A DNA stretch of 64,000 nucleotides from Candidatus Cloacimonadales bacterium (GCA_963678255.2 CAXXTW010000002.1:990260-1054259), one strand, 5' to 3'; numbered from the stretch's first letter, positions 38,960-48,489 are shown. Notes: generated from the letters alone by a model not told the origin. Numbers and translations are program-made.

Positions 38960-39133
38960 ATGTCAAAGAATCATCGTGGAAAAGGTTTGAAAAAAGAACC
39001 AAATCATGGAAGAGGCATTTGTCCTGTATGTCATAGAACTGGAATTAAGATAATTTTTGAATCTAAGATAGAAGAAAACACAGTTAAAGTTTGTAAAACT
39101 TGTAGCAAGACTATAGCAAACAAAGCTGCATAA
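38960..39133 (+). CDS. Small basic zinc-ribbon protein, 57 aa. Below the ORF-track length cutoff.
   Basis: AAGGAGA RBS 6 nt upstream of the ATG. Translation: MSKNHRGKGLKKEPNHGRGICPVCHRTGIKIIFESKIEENTVKVCKTCSKTIANKAA, with CxxC...CxxC. Followed by a terminator. Confidence 0.55.
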   Translation: MSKNHRGKGLKKEPNHGRGICPVCHRTGIKIIFESKIEENTVKVCKTCSKTIANKAA

Positions 39134-39157
39134 TCTTAATTACATTCATGAAGTTTT

Positions 39158-39192
39158 AATCGGCAAACTAAAGTTTGTCGATTATTTTTTTT
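39158..39192 (+). terminator. Rho-independent terminator after the small zinc-ribbon ORF
   Basis: aatcggcaaac-taaa-gtttgtcgatt followed by a run of 8 T. Confidence 0.7.
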
Positions 39193-39292
39193 AAAAATCA
39201 CTTTACAGGTTCAAACCCATAATTAAATTCGTCAAAGAATTAGTAATATAAGATTAATTCTAAAGATCAATAAAGTAGTGACAGGGCAAAAT

Positions 39293-41212
39293 ATGAGAAA
39301 TAGATTATTTCTTTCAGTGCTTTTTTTTAGCATAATAATTAATTGTTTTTCAATAGGTTATTTAAAAAAGAATATTCCCATTGAAGCATTAAACGATAAA
39401 GGTATCAACATATCCTATCATCAATCCCAAATAGACTATCAGTTATATGGTAGTAAACAATGGGCTGTCTTATTTGATTTTACACAGTGGTTTCCTTCAG
39501 ACACAACCACTGTGTTTCAAGCAAGCGGAGTTGCTTTTTATTCAGAGGTTCCTGTAGATACTTGTAAAGTTTATATTTGTGAGTCCTTAATGAATCAGCC
39601 AGGTGCTGTTTTAGAAGAAAAATTAATTACTCAGGTAAATGCAGGATGGAATGAGTTTAATTTTACCAACATTTATGCCAGAAAGAAAGTTTGGATTGTT
39701 ATAGACTATTCAACTTCAGCAAATGGTCCTTATATGAGTGCCTCATTGGGAACAGGAAAAAACAGTTATTATCGAGAAACGGCCAATACAGGCTCATCTA
39801 CAATTGGTTCATGCTTTTATAATTTTTATGAGACAGGCTTACAGGCAGAGTTATTAGTTTCACTGAAGGGTTCCTTTTCTGATGATGTCATAGATCTTCA
39901 ACTAAATGATTTTTCATTTAACGAAGCAGTTTCCCCCAGATCAGAGGTAAAACCAATATTTTCGATTACAAATAATTCTAGCACTCCAATAAGTAATATT
40001 TCATTGCATATTTCAGCAACTTCTCCGGGTTTAGTCATGCAAATAGCAGATTCATTATATATTACAGACCGGTTAAACCCTTATGAAACGTATAGCTATG
40101 ACGGTTCTGGAGAATATTCTATTACTTTTCCTGAACTACCAACACAGGTGAGCTTTACAGTAAGAGTAAAAAGTGAATCGGATGACAAGGATAATGACAA
40201 CAATAATATTAAGAGTTTTACAATAAATTCTTTTTCAAAAGATAAGGGTCTTGTGTTTTTTGAGGAGTTTATTCAGTCTTTTGATCAAACATCAAATGAG
40301 TTATTTTTAACAAACAACTCAAATTTAAACGATAATGAGTTTTTAATCTTAACCTATTTTCCTGATTTATCGGACACACTGAATACAAATATTTCTTTTA
40401 AAAGAAATCAATTTTACAAAAACTTTGGATATCCAAATAGTGTCATAGATGGACAATATAAAGTGAGTGGTTATTTAGACACTTATAGGCAATCAATATT
40501 AGATAAGGTTACTTTTGCAAAGAATAGTCGAACATTTTTAGATTTAATTCATTTTGAATTACATCAAAATGAGTCTAATCTGGACATGAGTTTTGTTCTT
40601 GTTAATTCAGACACAAAGCTTTCCACCGCATATTTAGCAAAGTGTAATGTAAATGTATATATATTAGAGAAATTTCAATATTTAGGCCGTTCAATAAATT
40701 CGATATCCAATCAGTTAACAAGTGCTGCAACACCTATCACTTTATTCGATTTAGAACAAGGCTATGAGAAACAGATCACTTTATCAATCCCTTTTGACCA
40801 GATTTTTTTAAAATACACCAAGGAATTGAATAATAATATGATCTTAGTTACAGTACAGGATCAGACAACCAATGAAATTTTATGTAATTTTACCTCGGTG
40901 ATATCAGGCATAGATTTTACACAAGATTCTGCTCCAGTTATAACTCAACCAGATTTTTCTATCTATCCCAATCCCATCCAATCGACCAAAATATTATCTA
41001 TAAAATCTGAGAATCAAGAAGAAATTCAATCTCTGGAATTATTTAATATAAAAGGGCAAAAGATTAGGACTTATAGAAACGAAGGACAAAAAACCCAATT
41101 AAAAGCAGATATCAGCAAGCTTTCTTCTGGGCTATACTTATGTAGAATAAAATATTCAAATGGGAAAAACCACGGAATGACCAAAATAAAACCAATCGTA
41201 ATTGTAAAGTAA
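39293..41212 (+). CDS. Large secreted protein with a T9SS C-terminal sorting domain
   Basis: Signal peptide. C-terminal Por_Secre_tail-like segment FSIYPNPIQS...LELFNIKGQKI...LSSGLYLCRIKY. Confidence 0.65.
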   Translation: MRNRLFLSVLFFSIIINCFSIGYLKKNIPIEALNDKGINISYHQSQIDYQLYGSKQWAVLFDFTQWFPSDTTTVFQASGVAFYSEVPVDTCKVYICESLMNQPGAVLEEKLITQVNAGWNEFNFTNIYARKKVWIVIDYSTSANGPYMSASLGTGKNSYYRETANTGSSTIGSCFYNFYETGLQAELLVSLKGSFSDDVIDLQLNDFSFNEAVSPRSEVKPIFSITNNSSTPISNISLHISATSPGLVMQIADSLYITDRLNPYETYSYDGSGEYSITFPELPTQVSFTVRVKSESDDKDNDNNNIKSFTINSFSKDKGLVFFEEFIQSFDQTSNELFLTNNSNLNDNEFLILTYFPDLSDTLNTNISFKRNQFYKNFGYPNSVIDGQYKVSGYLDTYRQSILDKVTFAKNSRTFLDLIHFELHQNESNLDMSFVLVNSDTKLSTAYLAKCNVNVYILEKFQYLGRSINSISNQLTSAATPITLFDLEQGYEKQITLSIPFDQIFLKYTKELNNNMILVTVQDQTTNEILCNFTSVISGIDFTQDSAPVITQPDFSIYPNPIQSTKILSIKSENQEEIQSLELFNIKGQKIRTYRNEGQKTQLKADISKLSSGLYLCRIKYSNGKNHGMTKIKPIVIVK

Positions 41213-41213
41213 T

Positions 41214-42278
41214 ATGATAAAAAAACTAATAATCAATAGATACTTTAATGAATTAACAGGTTCAATCCACAATCATACAGAGTATTCCAAAGATGGTAGA
41301 GTTCCTGTTCGTGAAATCATGAGATATGCAGAGAAAGCAGAGCTTGATTTTTTTACTATTAATGATCATAATACTCTTGAAGCGAAAAAGGAAAAGATCC
41401 TCAAATCAAAGAGCTATCCCATTGTTATTGTTGGAATAGAAGTAAATGATCCAGAGGATAACCATCATCTATTAGTTTTTAATAGCTCAGTAATCAAGAC
41501 AGAGGTAAAAGCTCAAGAATACATGGATTATTATCACGAAGAAAATGCAATTACCTTTGCTGCCCATCCTAATGAAAGACGAATTAGTCAGCAATTTCGT
41601 AAATATGAATGGCTTGATAGAAGTTTAAATAAATTTGATGGATTAGAGATATGGAATTACAGCTCAAGTTGGTTGGGCAAAGTAAAACCATCTTTAAATG
41701 GGTTAATTTGTGTATTATTCCCTCAGTTATTTATAAGAAAACCACTACGAAAGAACTTAAATTTCTGGGATTCTTTAAATCTAGCAAACATGAGAAAATC
41801 AGCTATTGGGTCCGTAGATGCTCATGATATCATTAAGAGAGTGTGTTATTGTAAATTGCACATATTACCCCATAAAAAATTATTCAAAACAATTAGAACG
41901 AATGTTTTGATTCCTGAAAAAACGGAAGTCAATGAAGAGAATATATTAAAAGCTTTAAAACAGGGAAACTCTTATATAGTAAATTATTCTTTAGGAAAAC
42001 CTTGGAATTTTTATGCTGTAGCGAGTGATAAAGAGGGACATTCAGCAATCTTTGGAGAAGAGATTCGTTTGAGTCCCACCTTAAGATTTTTCTATAATTT
42101 ACCCATGGAATCGACTGTAGCTTTATATTATAATGGGAAAAAAATTGATGTTAAAAAAAGCAAAAATGGTTATTTTAAAATTAATGAAGCGGGTTTTTAC
42201 CGTTTAGAAATATCAAGATATCGTTATGGTTGGATATATTCAAATCCAATCTATGTATTACCATACGATAGTGAATAA
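41214..42278 (+). CDS. PHP-domain (CehA/McbA-like) metallohydrolase
   Basis: HNHTEYSKDG, FFTINDHN, AAHPN and VDAHD metal-ligand motifs. Confidence 0.6.
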   Translation: MIKKLIINRYFNELTGSIHNHTEYSKDGRVPVREIMRYAEKAELDFFTINDHNTLEAKKEKILKSKSYPIVIVGIEVNDPEDNHHLLVFNSSVIKTEVKAQEYMDYYHEENAITFAAHPNERRISQQFRKYEWLDRSLNKFDGLEIWNYSSSWLGKVKPSLNGLICVLFPQLFIRKPLRKNLNFWDSLNLANMRKSAIGSVDAHDIIKRVCYCKLHILPHKKLFKTIRTNVLIPEKTEVNEENILKALKQGNSYIVNYSLGKPWNFYAVASDKEGHSAIFGEEIRLSPTLRFFYNLPMESTVALYYNGKKIDVKKSKNGYFKINEAGFYRLEISRYRYGWIYSNPIYVLPYDSE

Positions 42279-42287
42279 GAGGACATA

Positions 42288-43241
42288 ATGGAAAGACTAA
42301 TGAGAATTCAAACACAAGATTTATATCAATATGTAAATCAGGAAATAACAACTTATATGCTGGTAGTATCCAAAGAATTAAGAGAAGGAAAAAAGGACTA
42401 TTATATAAGAGTCTCTATGATGGATAAAACAGGGCCTATCATTGGGAATGTCTGGTCAAATGCGATGCAAATGATAGACACTTTTAATGATGGAGATGTA
42501 GTAAAGATACAAGGAATGGTTCTCAATTACAAAGAACAGATACAGATTAATTTAAAAAAAATCAGGAAAGCCGGTCAGGAAGAGTACGATATGATGGATT
42601 TTATTCCAAAAACAAATAAGGATCTCGACGAGATGGCGGAGCAGTTTTATGGTCTTATTGAGAGTATCACAGATTTAAACATTCAAAACCTTTTAAAGAG
42701 TATTTATGAAGATAAAGAGTTTTTCACAAAATTTGCACAATGCCCAGCTGCAAAATCATGGCATCACAATTATATTGGGGGATTATTAGAGCATACGTTA
42801 TCTGTTATGAAGATTTGTGATTATGCCTCCAAAAACTATGCTGTAAATCGTGATGTCCTCATAGCTGGTGCTGCATTGCATGATGTAGGCAAAATCTATG
42901 AATACACCACTGTTCCTGTGATTGATTTTACAGATGAAGGAAGATTGTTAGGTCATATTCCAATGGGAGATCAATTAGTGAAAGAAAAAGCCATGCAAAT
43001 CAATAATTTCCCTATGAAAACCTTATTAAAGATTAGGCATTTAATCTTATCTCATCACGGAGAATTAGAAAAAGGAGCAGTAAAAATCCCACAAACTGTT
43101 GAAGCAGTCGTTTTACATTTTGCTGATAATCTTGATGCTCAGACAGTAGGAGTATTACAGTTAATTGATGCATCTACTGATCCAAAAGCAAGATGGACAG
43201 AATATGACAAACTAAATAACCGATACATTTTCATGGGATAA
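42288..43241 (+). CDS. OB-fold plus HD-domain 3'-5' exoribonuclease (YhaM-like)
   Basis: N-terminal OB-like domain, then an HD domain: HHNYIGGLLEHTL, AALHDVGK, LSHHG. Confidence 0.65.
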   Translation: MERLMRIQTQDLYQYVNQEITTYMLVVSKELREGKKDYYIRVSMMDKTGPIIGNVWSNAMQMIDTFNDGDVVKIQGMVLNYKEQIQINLKKIRKAGQEEYDMMDFIPKTNKDLDEMAEQFYGLIESITDLNIQNLLKSIYEDKEFFTKFAQCPAAKSWHHNYIGGLLEHTLSVMKICDYASKNYAVNRDVLIAGAALHDVGKIYEYTTVPVIDFTDEGRLLGHIPMGDQLVKEKAMQINNFPMKTLLKIRHLILSHHGELEKGAVKIPQTVEAVVLHFADNLDAQTVGVLQLIDASTDPKARWTEYDKLNNRYIFMG

Positions 43242-43243
43242 GT

Positions 43244-44029
43244 ATGTTAAAGACATCAGTAATTACTAGTGGGAGCAAAGGGAATTGCATTTTAGCCAGC
43301 AGTGGAAACACAAATTTATTAATTGATGCAGGGATTACATTTAAAAAGCTTAATCAAGCTTTACAGACTTTTGAGATTCCATCAGAGAAGATCAATGGGA
43401 TTTTGATCAGTCATGAGCATAGCGATCATGTGAATGGAGCAGGTGTTTTATGCCGTAAGACAAAAGCACCTCTATACATCACAGTGCAAACCTATCGCAG
43501 ATGTAAAGAGAAATTAGGCGAATTACCCTACCCACCAGTACATTTTGAAGTAGGAGATACAATCCGGATAAATGACTTAACCGTCAAAACTTTTACATCT
43601 TCACACGATGCAATAGATAGCTGTAATTTTGTTATATTTCATCAAGATTATCCTGACAAACAATTAGCCATAGCCACAGATTTAGGTTATTCTCCACAAA
43701 TCTTAATAAATAATTTGAGAGAAGCGACCACGATCATTTTGGAAAGTAACCACGATGTAAAGATGCTTTTAGAGGGTCCATATGACTGGCATTTAAAGCA
43801 AAGAATTAAAAGCAATGTTGGTCATTTATCCAATGAGCAAGCTGTTGGAGTAATTTCTCAGATCATTAGCGATAAACTGGAACATTTATTTTTGGCTCAT
43901 TTAAGTGAAATCAATAATTCTCCAGACCTTGCCTACAATTTAATGAACAATTTTTTAACCTCTATCAGTGCAACAACCAAACTAATTATGACTTCTCAGA
44001 CAGAACACACCCCTCTGTTTAACGTATAA
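43244..44029 (+). CDS. MBL-fold metallo-hydrolase
   Basis: LISHEHSDH (HxHxDH), with downstream His and Asp ligands. Confidence 0.75.
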   Translation: MLKTSVITSGSKGNCILASSGNTNLLIDAGITFKKLNQALQTFEIPSEKINGILISHEHSDHVNGAGVLCRKTKAPLYITVQTYRRCKEKLGELPYPPVHFEVGDTIRINDLTVKTFTSSHDAIDSCNFVIFHQDYPDKQLAIATDLGYSPQILINNLREATTIILESNHDVKMLLEGPYDWHLKQRIKSNVGHLSNEQAVGVISQIISDKLEHLFLAHLSEINNSPDLAYNLMNNFLTSISATTKLIMTSQTEHTPLFNV

Positions 44030-44622
44030 TGAAAGATCGAGCCAAACTAAGTGTTTATAATGATTATATAATAAAGAGTTTTAGATATCAAAAGGATTTT
44101 AGTAATGAACTCTTAATCTATTCCTTTCATATAGATATGGTTCCCGAACTTATAGAAACGGGTTTTAAAAAGTTATATATTCAAAGAATCGAAGATCAGT
44201 CAATCTTTACAAATCCGTTAACATCAATCCCAAAAGCAATAAAAAGTTTATGCAATTTTCATACAGCTTTACAAGCACGTAATTCTGATCTTATCCATTT
44301 TGATACCAATCCAAAGAATTATTTATTTACAGAGGAAAAAGTATATTTAATTGATTTTTCAGAGATGGCAGTTGGTAGAAAGGAAAGTGATATCATATCA
44401 TTTTTTTTATACTGGTGTTTAATATTAAACTCTTCTGAGTTTGAAACAGTGCTTCTGTCTTCAACAGTATATTTGAATAATTATCACTTTATAGAGTCAG
44501 ATTTTATAAAAGAATTTGAGCGATTTAATGACAGAAGAATAGAGTATAATGACGGAGAGGGATTACTCCGAAATGATAATCCTGCCTATTTATTTTTAAA
44601 GAAAATATTACTAAACAAATAA
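44029..44622 (+). CDS. Protein-kinase-fold (APH/choline-kinase-like) protein
   Basis: Catalytic-loop-like LIHFDTNPKNYLF and VYLIDFSE. Weak call. Confidence 0.4.
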   Translation: MKDRAKLSVYNDYIIKSFRYQKDFSNELLIYSFHIDMVPELIETGFKKLYIQRIEDQSIFTNPLTSIPKAIKSLCNFHTALQARNSDLIHFDTNPKNYLFTEEKVYLIDFSEMAVGRKESDIISFFLYWCLILNSSEFETVLLSSTVYLNNYHFIESDFIKEFERFNDRRIEYNDGEGLLRNDNPAYLFLKKILLNK

Positions 44623-44667
44623 TTGAATTGATATAACCCTTACATTTTATCCGTCTTTATCTTCCAT

Positions 44668-44683
44668 TGGCATGTACTATGCA
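44668..44683 (+). promoter_or_regulatory. Candidate sigma54 (-24/-12) promoter
   Basis: TGGCATgtactaTGCA has the same GG/GC spacing and the same TGGCAT-N5-ATGCA form as the flgB element. Intergenic, pointing at the 44786-46410 genes. Confidence 0.45.
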
Positions 44684-44785
44684 ATTATTAATAATAAAAT
44701 TCAAAACAGGGAAACCAGGATAATCCTATAGTTAAGATTATCCTATAGGAAATGAGTTTTATTTTTTATTGGGGGAGGTATTTAA

Positions 44786-44911
44786 ATGAAAGCTGTTCAA
44801 CACTTTAATTGTAAAACCATACATATATCAATCCGAACAGAGAGAAAACAGAATATAGAGTATTTATCAAATTATACAGACTTATCTCTCAAAATAGAAG
44901 TCGGTCAATAA
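44786..44911 (+). CDS. Possible 41-aa leader ORF
   Basis: Strong GGGGGAGG RBS 7 nt upstream of the ATG. Its stop overlaps the next ATG (TAATG). Translation: MKAVQHFNCKTIHISIRTERKQNIEYLSNYTDLSLKIEVGQ. Confidence 0.25.
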   Translation: MKAVQHFNCKTIHISIRTERKQNIEYLSNYTDLSLKIEVGQ

Positions 44912-44982
44912 TGAACCACATACATAAACTAAGTTTATATTTCGAATCAATGGTAAAAAACGTATTAACAGGGGGAGAGTAT

Positions 44983-45225
44983 ATGCGTGTTTTATTTATG
45001 TTAATAATGCTAATCCCTTTTATGATTCAGGGAATAGTTGTTCCATTTTCAAATGAGCTAATAAAAACAGAGACTAATCACACAGGGCAAATGGTTAAAA
45101 CAAGTCCACCTGATCAAGCTGTAGCAAATTTAAAAACAGACACATGGTTTTGGCATGATGGGAAAAATCTTTACATCTACTGGGAAGTCGAAATAGATGA
45201 CAATTTCAGAATCCTATTGGTTTAA
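44983..45225 (+). CDS. Small secreted hypothetical protein, possibly a truncated gene fragment. The track start at 44911 is also possible.
   Basis: GGGGGAG RBS before the ATG at 44983. Signal-like MRVLFMLIMLIPFMIQG. Only about 80 aa. Confidence 0.35.
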   Translation: MRVLFMLIMLIPFMIQGIVVPFSNELIKTETNHTGQMVKTSPPDQAVANLKTDTWFWHDGKNLYIYWEVEIDDNFRILLV

Positions 45226-45267
45226 AGTTTCAAAAATGTGTTAATCACTTTGTTATTAAAAGGAGCG

Positions 45268-46410
45268 ATGATGTCAAAGAAAAGAGCAATATTTATTTTG
45301 ATACTATTCAGTATAGTATTCAGTTTATCGGGTCTAAACCCATTATTTAACCAAAAATCTACTTACCCAAGAGTCAATTTGTTAAATCAACCAGAAAGTG
45401 TGGAGTATTATTCAGCAGAAAACCTCTGGTTAGTATCTAACTGGGGAAGTGGAGAAATCATAGCCATTGATAGTTTGGGAAATCAATCCATATTTAATCA
45501 GGATCTATCATCGGTTGCAGGGATTAAGATCTATAACAATAAGCTTTATTGTTGTAACACCACTGGGATTGGGATCATTGATTTATCAAGCAGAGTGCTT
45601 GATACTTTAATTGTGATCGAAGGGTCTGATCTGTTAAATGATCTTGTGATTAATGATGGGAAAATCTATGTCTCGGATTACTGGGATCCTAAAATTTACA
45701 TAATCTACATGGAAGATTATAGTTACGATATTTTAGTTCAAGAACCTAATTTTGTACCTAACGGTTTATATTTTGAAGAAGAGAACAATAGAATAATGGC
45801 AGTAGTCCGAAATGAGAATGGTACCCAACCCAGAGTAATGGCTATAAATCCTGAAAATGGAGAATTAACACTTGTAAAGAACACACCCTATTATTCTTTG
45901 GATGGAATCTATAGAGATTGTGAAGGCAATTATTACATTACCTCATGGTTAATATCAACGGGTGTTGAGGGGGTAATTAAATATAACTCAGATTTTTCTG
46001 ATGCTGGGGAAATAATTACCACCAATTGTTCAGGTCCTGCTGATATTTTTATTTATGAATCCATTCTGGCTATACCAAATCTAAATAGTAACACATTAGA
46101 TTTGGTTGATCTCAATATTACTGGTAATGAAGATGAAGTGAAGCCTCCTCTGGTACGATTAAACCAGAACTATCCAAATCCATTTAATCCGGAAACGACA
46201 ATTTGCTTTAATCTTCAAAAAAAATGTAAGGTAGATTTATCTGTTTACAACATAAAAGGTGAAAGAGTCCAGAATCTCATTCATCAGGAATATTCTCAAG
46301 GAGAACATAAGATTACATTTAATGCAAATCATCTATCAAGTGGCGTATATTTTTATAAATTGCAGACAGGTAATCTCGTTCAAACTCGTAAAATGCTTTT
46401 AATTAAGTAA
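45268..46410 (+). CDS. Secreted beta-propeller-like protein with a T9SS C-terminal sorting domain
   Basis: Signal peptide. C-terminal LNQNYPNPFNPETTICFNL...LSVYNIKGERV...LSSGVYFYKLQ. Confidence 0.65.
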   Translation: MMSKKRAIFILILFSIVFSLSGLNPLFNQKSTYPRVNLLNQPESVEYYSAENLWLVSNWGSGEIIAIDSLGNQSIFNQDLSSVAGIKIYNNKLYCCNTTGIGIIDLSSRVLDTLIVIEGSDLLNDLVINDGKIYVSDYWDPKIYIIYMEDYSYDILVQEPNFVPNGLYFEEENNRIMAVVRNENGTQPRVMAINPENGELTLVKNTPYYSLDGIYRDCEGNYYITSWLISTGVEGVIKYNSDFSDAGEIITTNCSGPADIFIYESILAIPNLNSNTLDLVDLNITGNEDEVKPPLVRLNQNYPNPFNPETTICFNLQKKCKVDLSVYNIKGERVQNLIHQEYSQGEHKITFNANHLSSGVYFYKLQTGNLVQTRKMLLIK

Positions 46411-46587
46411 AGAACGAAGGCTGGTGAAATAATTAAAAGGTTATTTGTTATGACTTTTATGATGTGCTCAATACAGTTAGATTCCAAAGTGTACAGCACC
46501 CAATTTTTAAAATTCACATTATACTCATTAGCTTACCCGATTCTTCAATAATTTTCATGTATTTTATCAGATATTTAAACAAAGATC

Positions 46588-47526
46588 TTTAACTACTAAA
46601 AAGACTAAGATAATTTAATGAACAGGCAGAAACCACGGATTTCACGAATATGCACGGATAGAACACGAATTAGCCACTGAGTTACACTGAGAAACACAGA
46701 GGAACACACCGATAAAAGATTTTCACAACCGCTGCGCTCGAGTACAAGAGAAAAGAGAGAGATGATAACAACTATAATTTTCCTAGTCTTCCTCTAATCC
46801 ACACTAATTTTCAAGAAAGATAAGAACAACCCTCCGGGAACCACCGAGTTTAGCGAATCACACAGAGGAACAACACTTTTTTAACTACTAAAAAGACTAA
46901 GATAATTTAATGAATAGGCTGGAACCACGGATTTCACGAATATGCACGGATAGAACACGAATTAGCCACTGAGTTACACCGAGAAACACAGAGGAACACA
47001 CCGATAAAAGATTTTCACAACCGCTGCGCTCGAGTACAAGAGAAAAGAGAGAGATGATAACAACTATAATTTTCCTAGTCTTCCTCTAATCCACACTAAT
47101 TTTCAAGAAAGATAAGAACAACCCTCCGGGAACCACCGAGTTTAGCGAATCACACAGAGGAACAACACTTTTTTAACTACTAAAAAGACTAAGATAATTT
47201 AATGAACAGGCAGAAACCACGGATTTCACGAATATGCACGGATAGAACACGAATTAGCCACTGAGTTACACTGAGAAACACAGAGGAACACACCGATAAA
47301 AGATTTTCACAACCGCTGCGCTCGAGTACAAGAGAAAAGAGAGAGATGATAACAACTATAATTTTCCTAGTCTACTACTAATCCACACTAATTTTCAAGA
47401 AAGAAAAGAACAACCCTCCGGGAACCACCGAGTTTAACGAATCACACAGAGGAACAACACTTTTTTAACTACTAAAAAGACTAAGATAATTTAATGAATA
47501 GGCTGGAACCACGGATTTCACGAATA
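46588..47526. repeat. 292-bp tandem repeat: 3 full copies plus a 60-bp partial fourth
   Basis: Copy starts (aactactaaaaagactaag...) at 46591, 46883, 47175 and 47467, an exact 292-nt period. Copies are more than 97% identical. Two variants alternate in an A-B-A-B pattern. Confidence 0.92.
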
Positions 47527-47572
47527 AAAGAGCATTTGTATATCATCTACGTGCGTTATTCTTTCTGAAAAA

Positions 47573-47594
47573 GGGCAGACACACAGGTCTGCCC
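47573..47594. repeat. GC-rich REP-like hairpin
   Basis: GGGCAGAC-acacag-GTCTGCCC followed by CTACA, in AT-rich non-coding DNA. Confidence 0.6.
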
Positions 47595-47713
47595 CTACAA
47601 AATATATTTTACATTGAACATAAATATATTACATTCGGTTTGCAGAATAGTTGTTTACCATTAATTTACGTCTGTCCTTTAATATCACAAGCTGTGGTAC
47701 TGGCTCTGGCTTT

Positions 47714-47733
47714 GGGCGATTCGTGAATCGCCC
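47714..47733. repeat. GC-rich REP-like hairpin (second type)
   Basis: GGGCGATT-cgtg-AATCGCCC followed by CTACA. Same tail as the hairpin at 47573. Confidence 0.6.
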
Positions 47734-47823
47734 CTACACAAATTTCTACCAGAATTTTGTTTTTACAAACGAAATGAGAGAATCTCCCTGTGGAATTCCT
47801 CTTTCCCTTATACATTCAACAAA

Positions 47824-48158
47824 GTTGAAAGCCCCTGCAGCGCTTACAGGTCAATTCTACTCTTCAAATTGTTCGACGCTAGAGGAATTTAAACAATGTC
47901 GCAACCCCTGCAGCGCTTACAGGTCAATTCTACTCTAAAATCAAAACTATCGTTACTCATAATGGACAATTGTCGCAACCCCTGCAGCGCTTACAGGTCA
48001 ATTCTACTTAACGGTTAAAGTAGACCAAGAGATTAATGCCGAATATGTCGCAACCCCTGCAGCGCTTACAGGTCAATTCTACATACTAGAATATGTCTTA
48101 AAAATGAGACTAAAGTCTTTTAGTCGCAACCCCTGCAGCGCTTACAGGTCAATTCTAC
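47824..48158 (-). CRISPR. CRISPR array 1: 5 repeats, with the leader-distal one degenerate, and 4 spacers
   Basis: 36-nt repeat, plus strand GTCGCAACCCCTGCAGCGCTTACAGGTCAATTCTAC, at 47898, 47972, 48047 and 48123, plus a degenerate copy at 47824. Spacers are 37, 38, 39 and 40 nt. Minus-strand orientation is inferred from the repeat 3' end ...GGGGTTGCGAC and the cas gene direction. Confidence 0.95.
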
Positions 48159-48280
48159 CGACTACCTTTTTTACCCGCTCTGGGAGTGGGTTTGAAGGGT
48201 GCTTTGCGCGAACCTCAAAAAAAAGAGCAAAAAACACCCCTTTTTTTGAGTTTTTTCTATAGGTTCGCGCAAAATGGTTT
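48159..48280 (-). promoter_or_regulatory. CRISPR leader 1, between cas2 and array 1
   Basis: About 115 nt nearly identical to the sequence flanking array 2 (51901-52017). Contains a long imperfect palindrome. Confidence 0.6.
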
Positions 48281-48489
48281 TCCACACTATGATTGTTCAA
48301 AATTATTATATTTTTTATTGCATGTCAAGTAGTTTAATTTAAATGTTTAATAAAACCCTGCCTCAATAGTCAAAGGCGATATTGAGACAGGTCATTCTTC
48401 TCTTGTTCATTCATCCCTTTTTTTGTCCTTTTTTCTTTTTCTCCTCTTAGGGATATCACTTTTTCATTTCGGACATATCAGGAGATATC

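Noticed and set aside
47651-47938. 95-aa plus-strand ORF
   Set aside because: It runs through REP-like hairpins into the first two CRISPR repeats. It has no RBS and is not coding.
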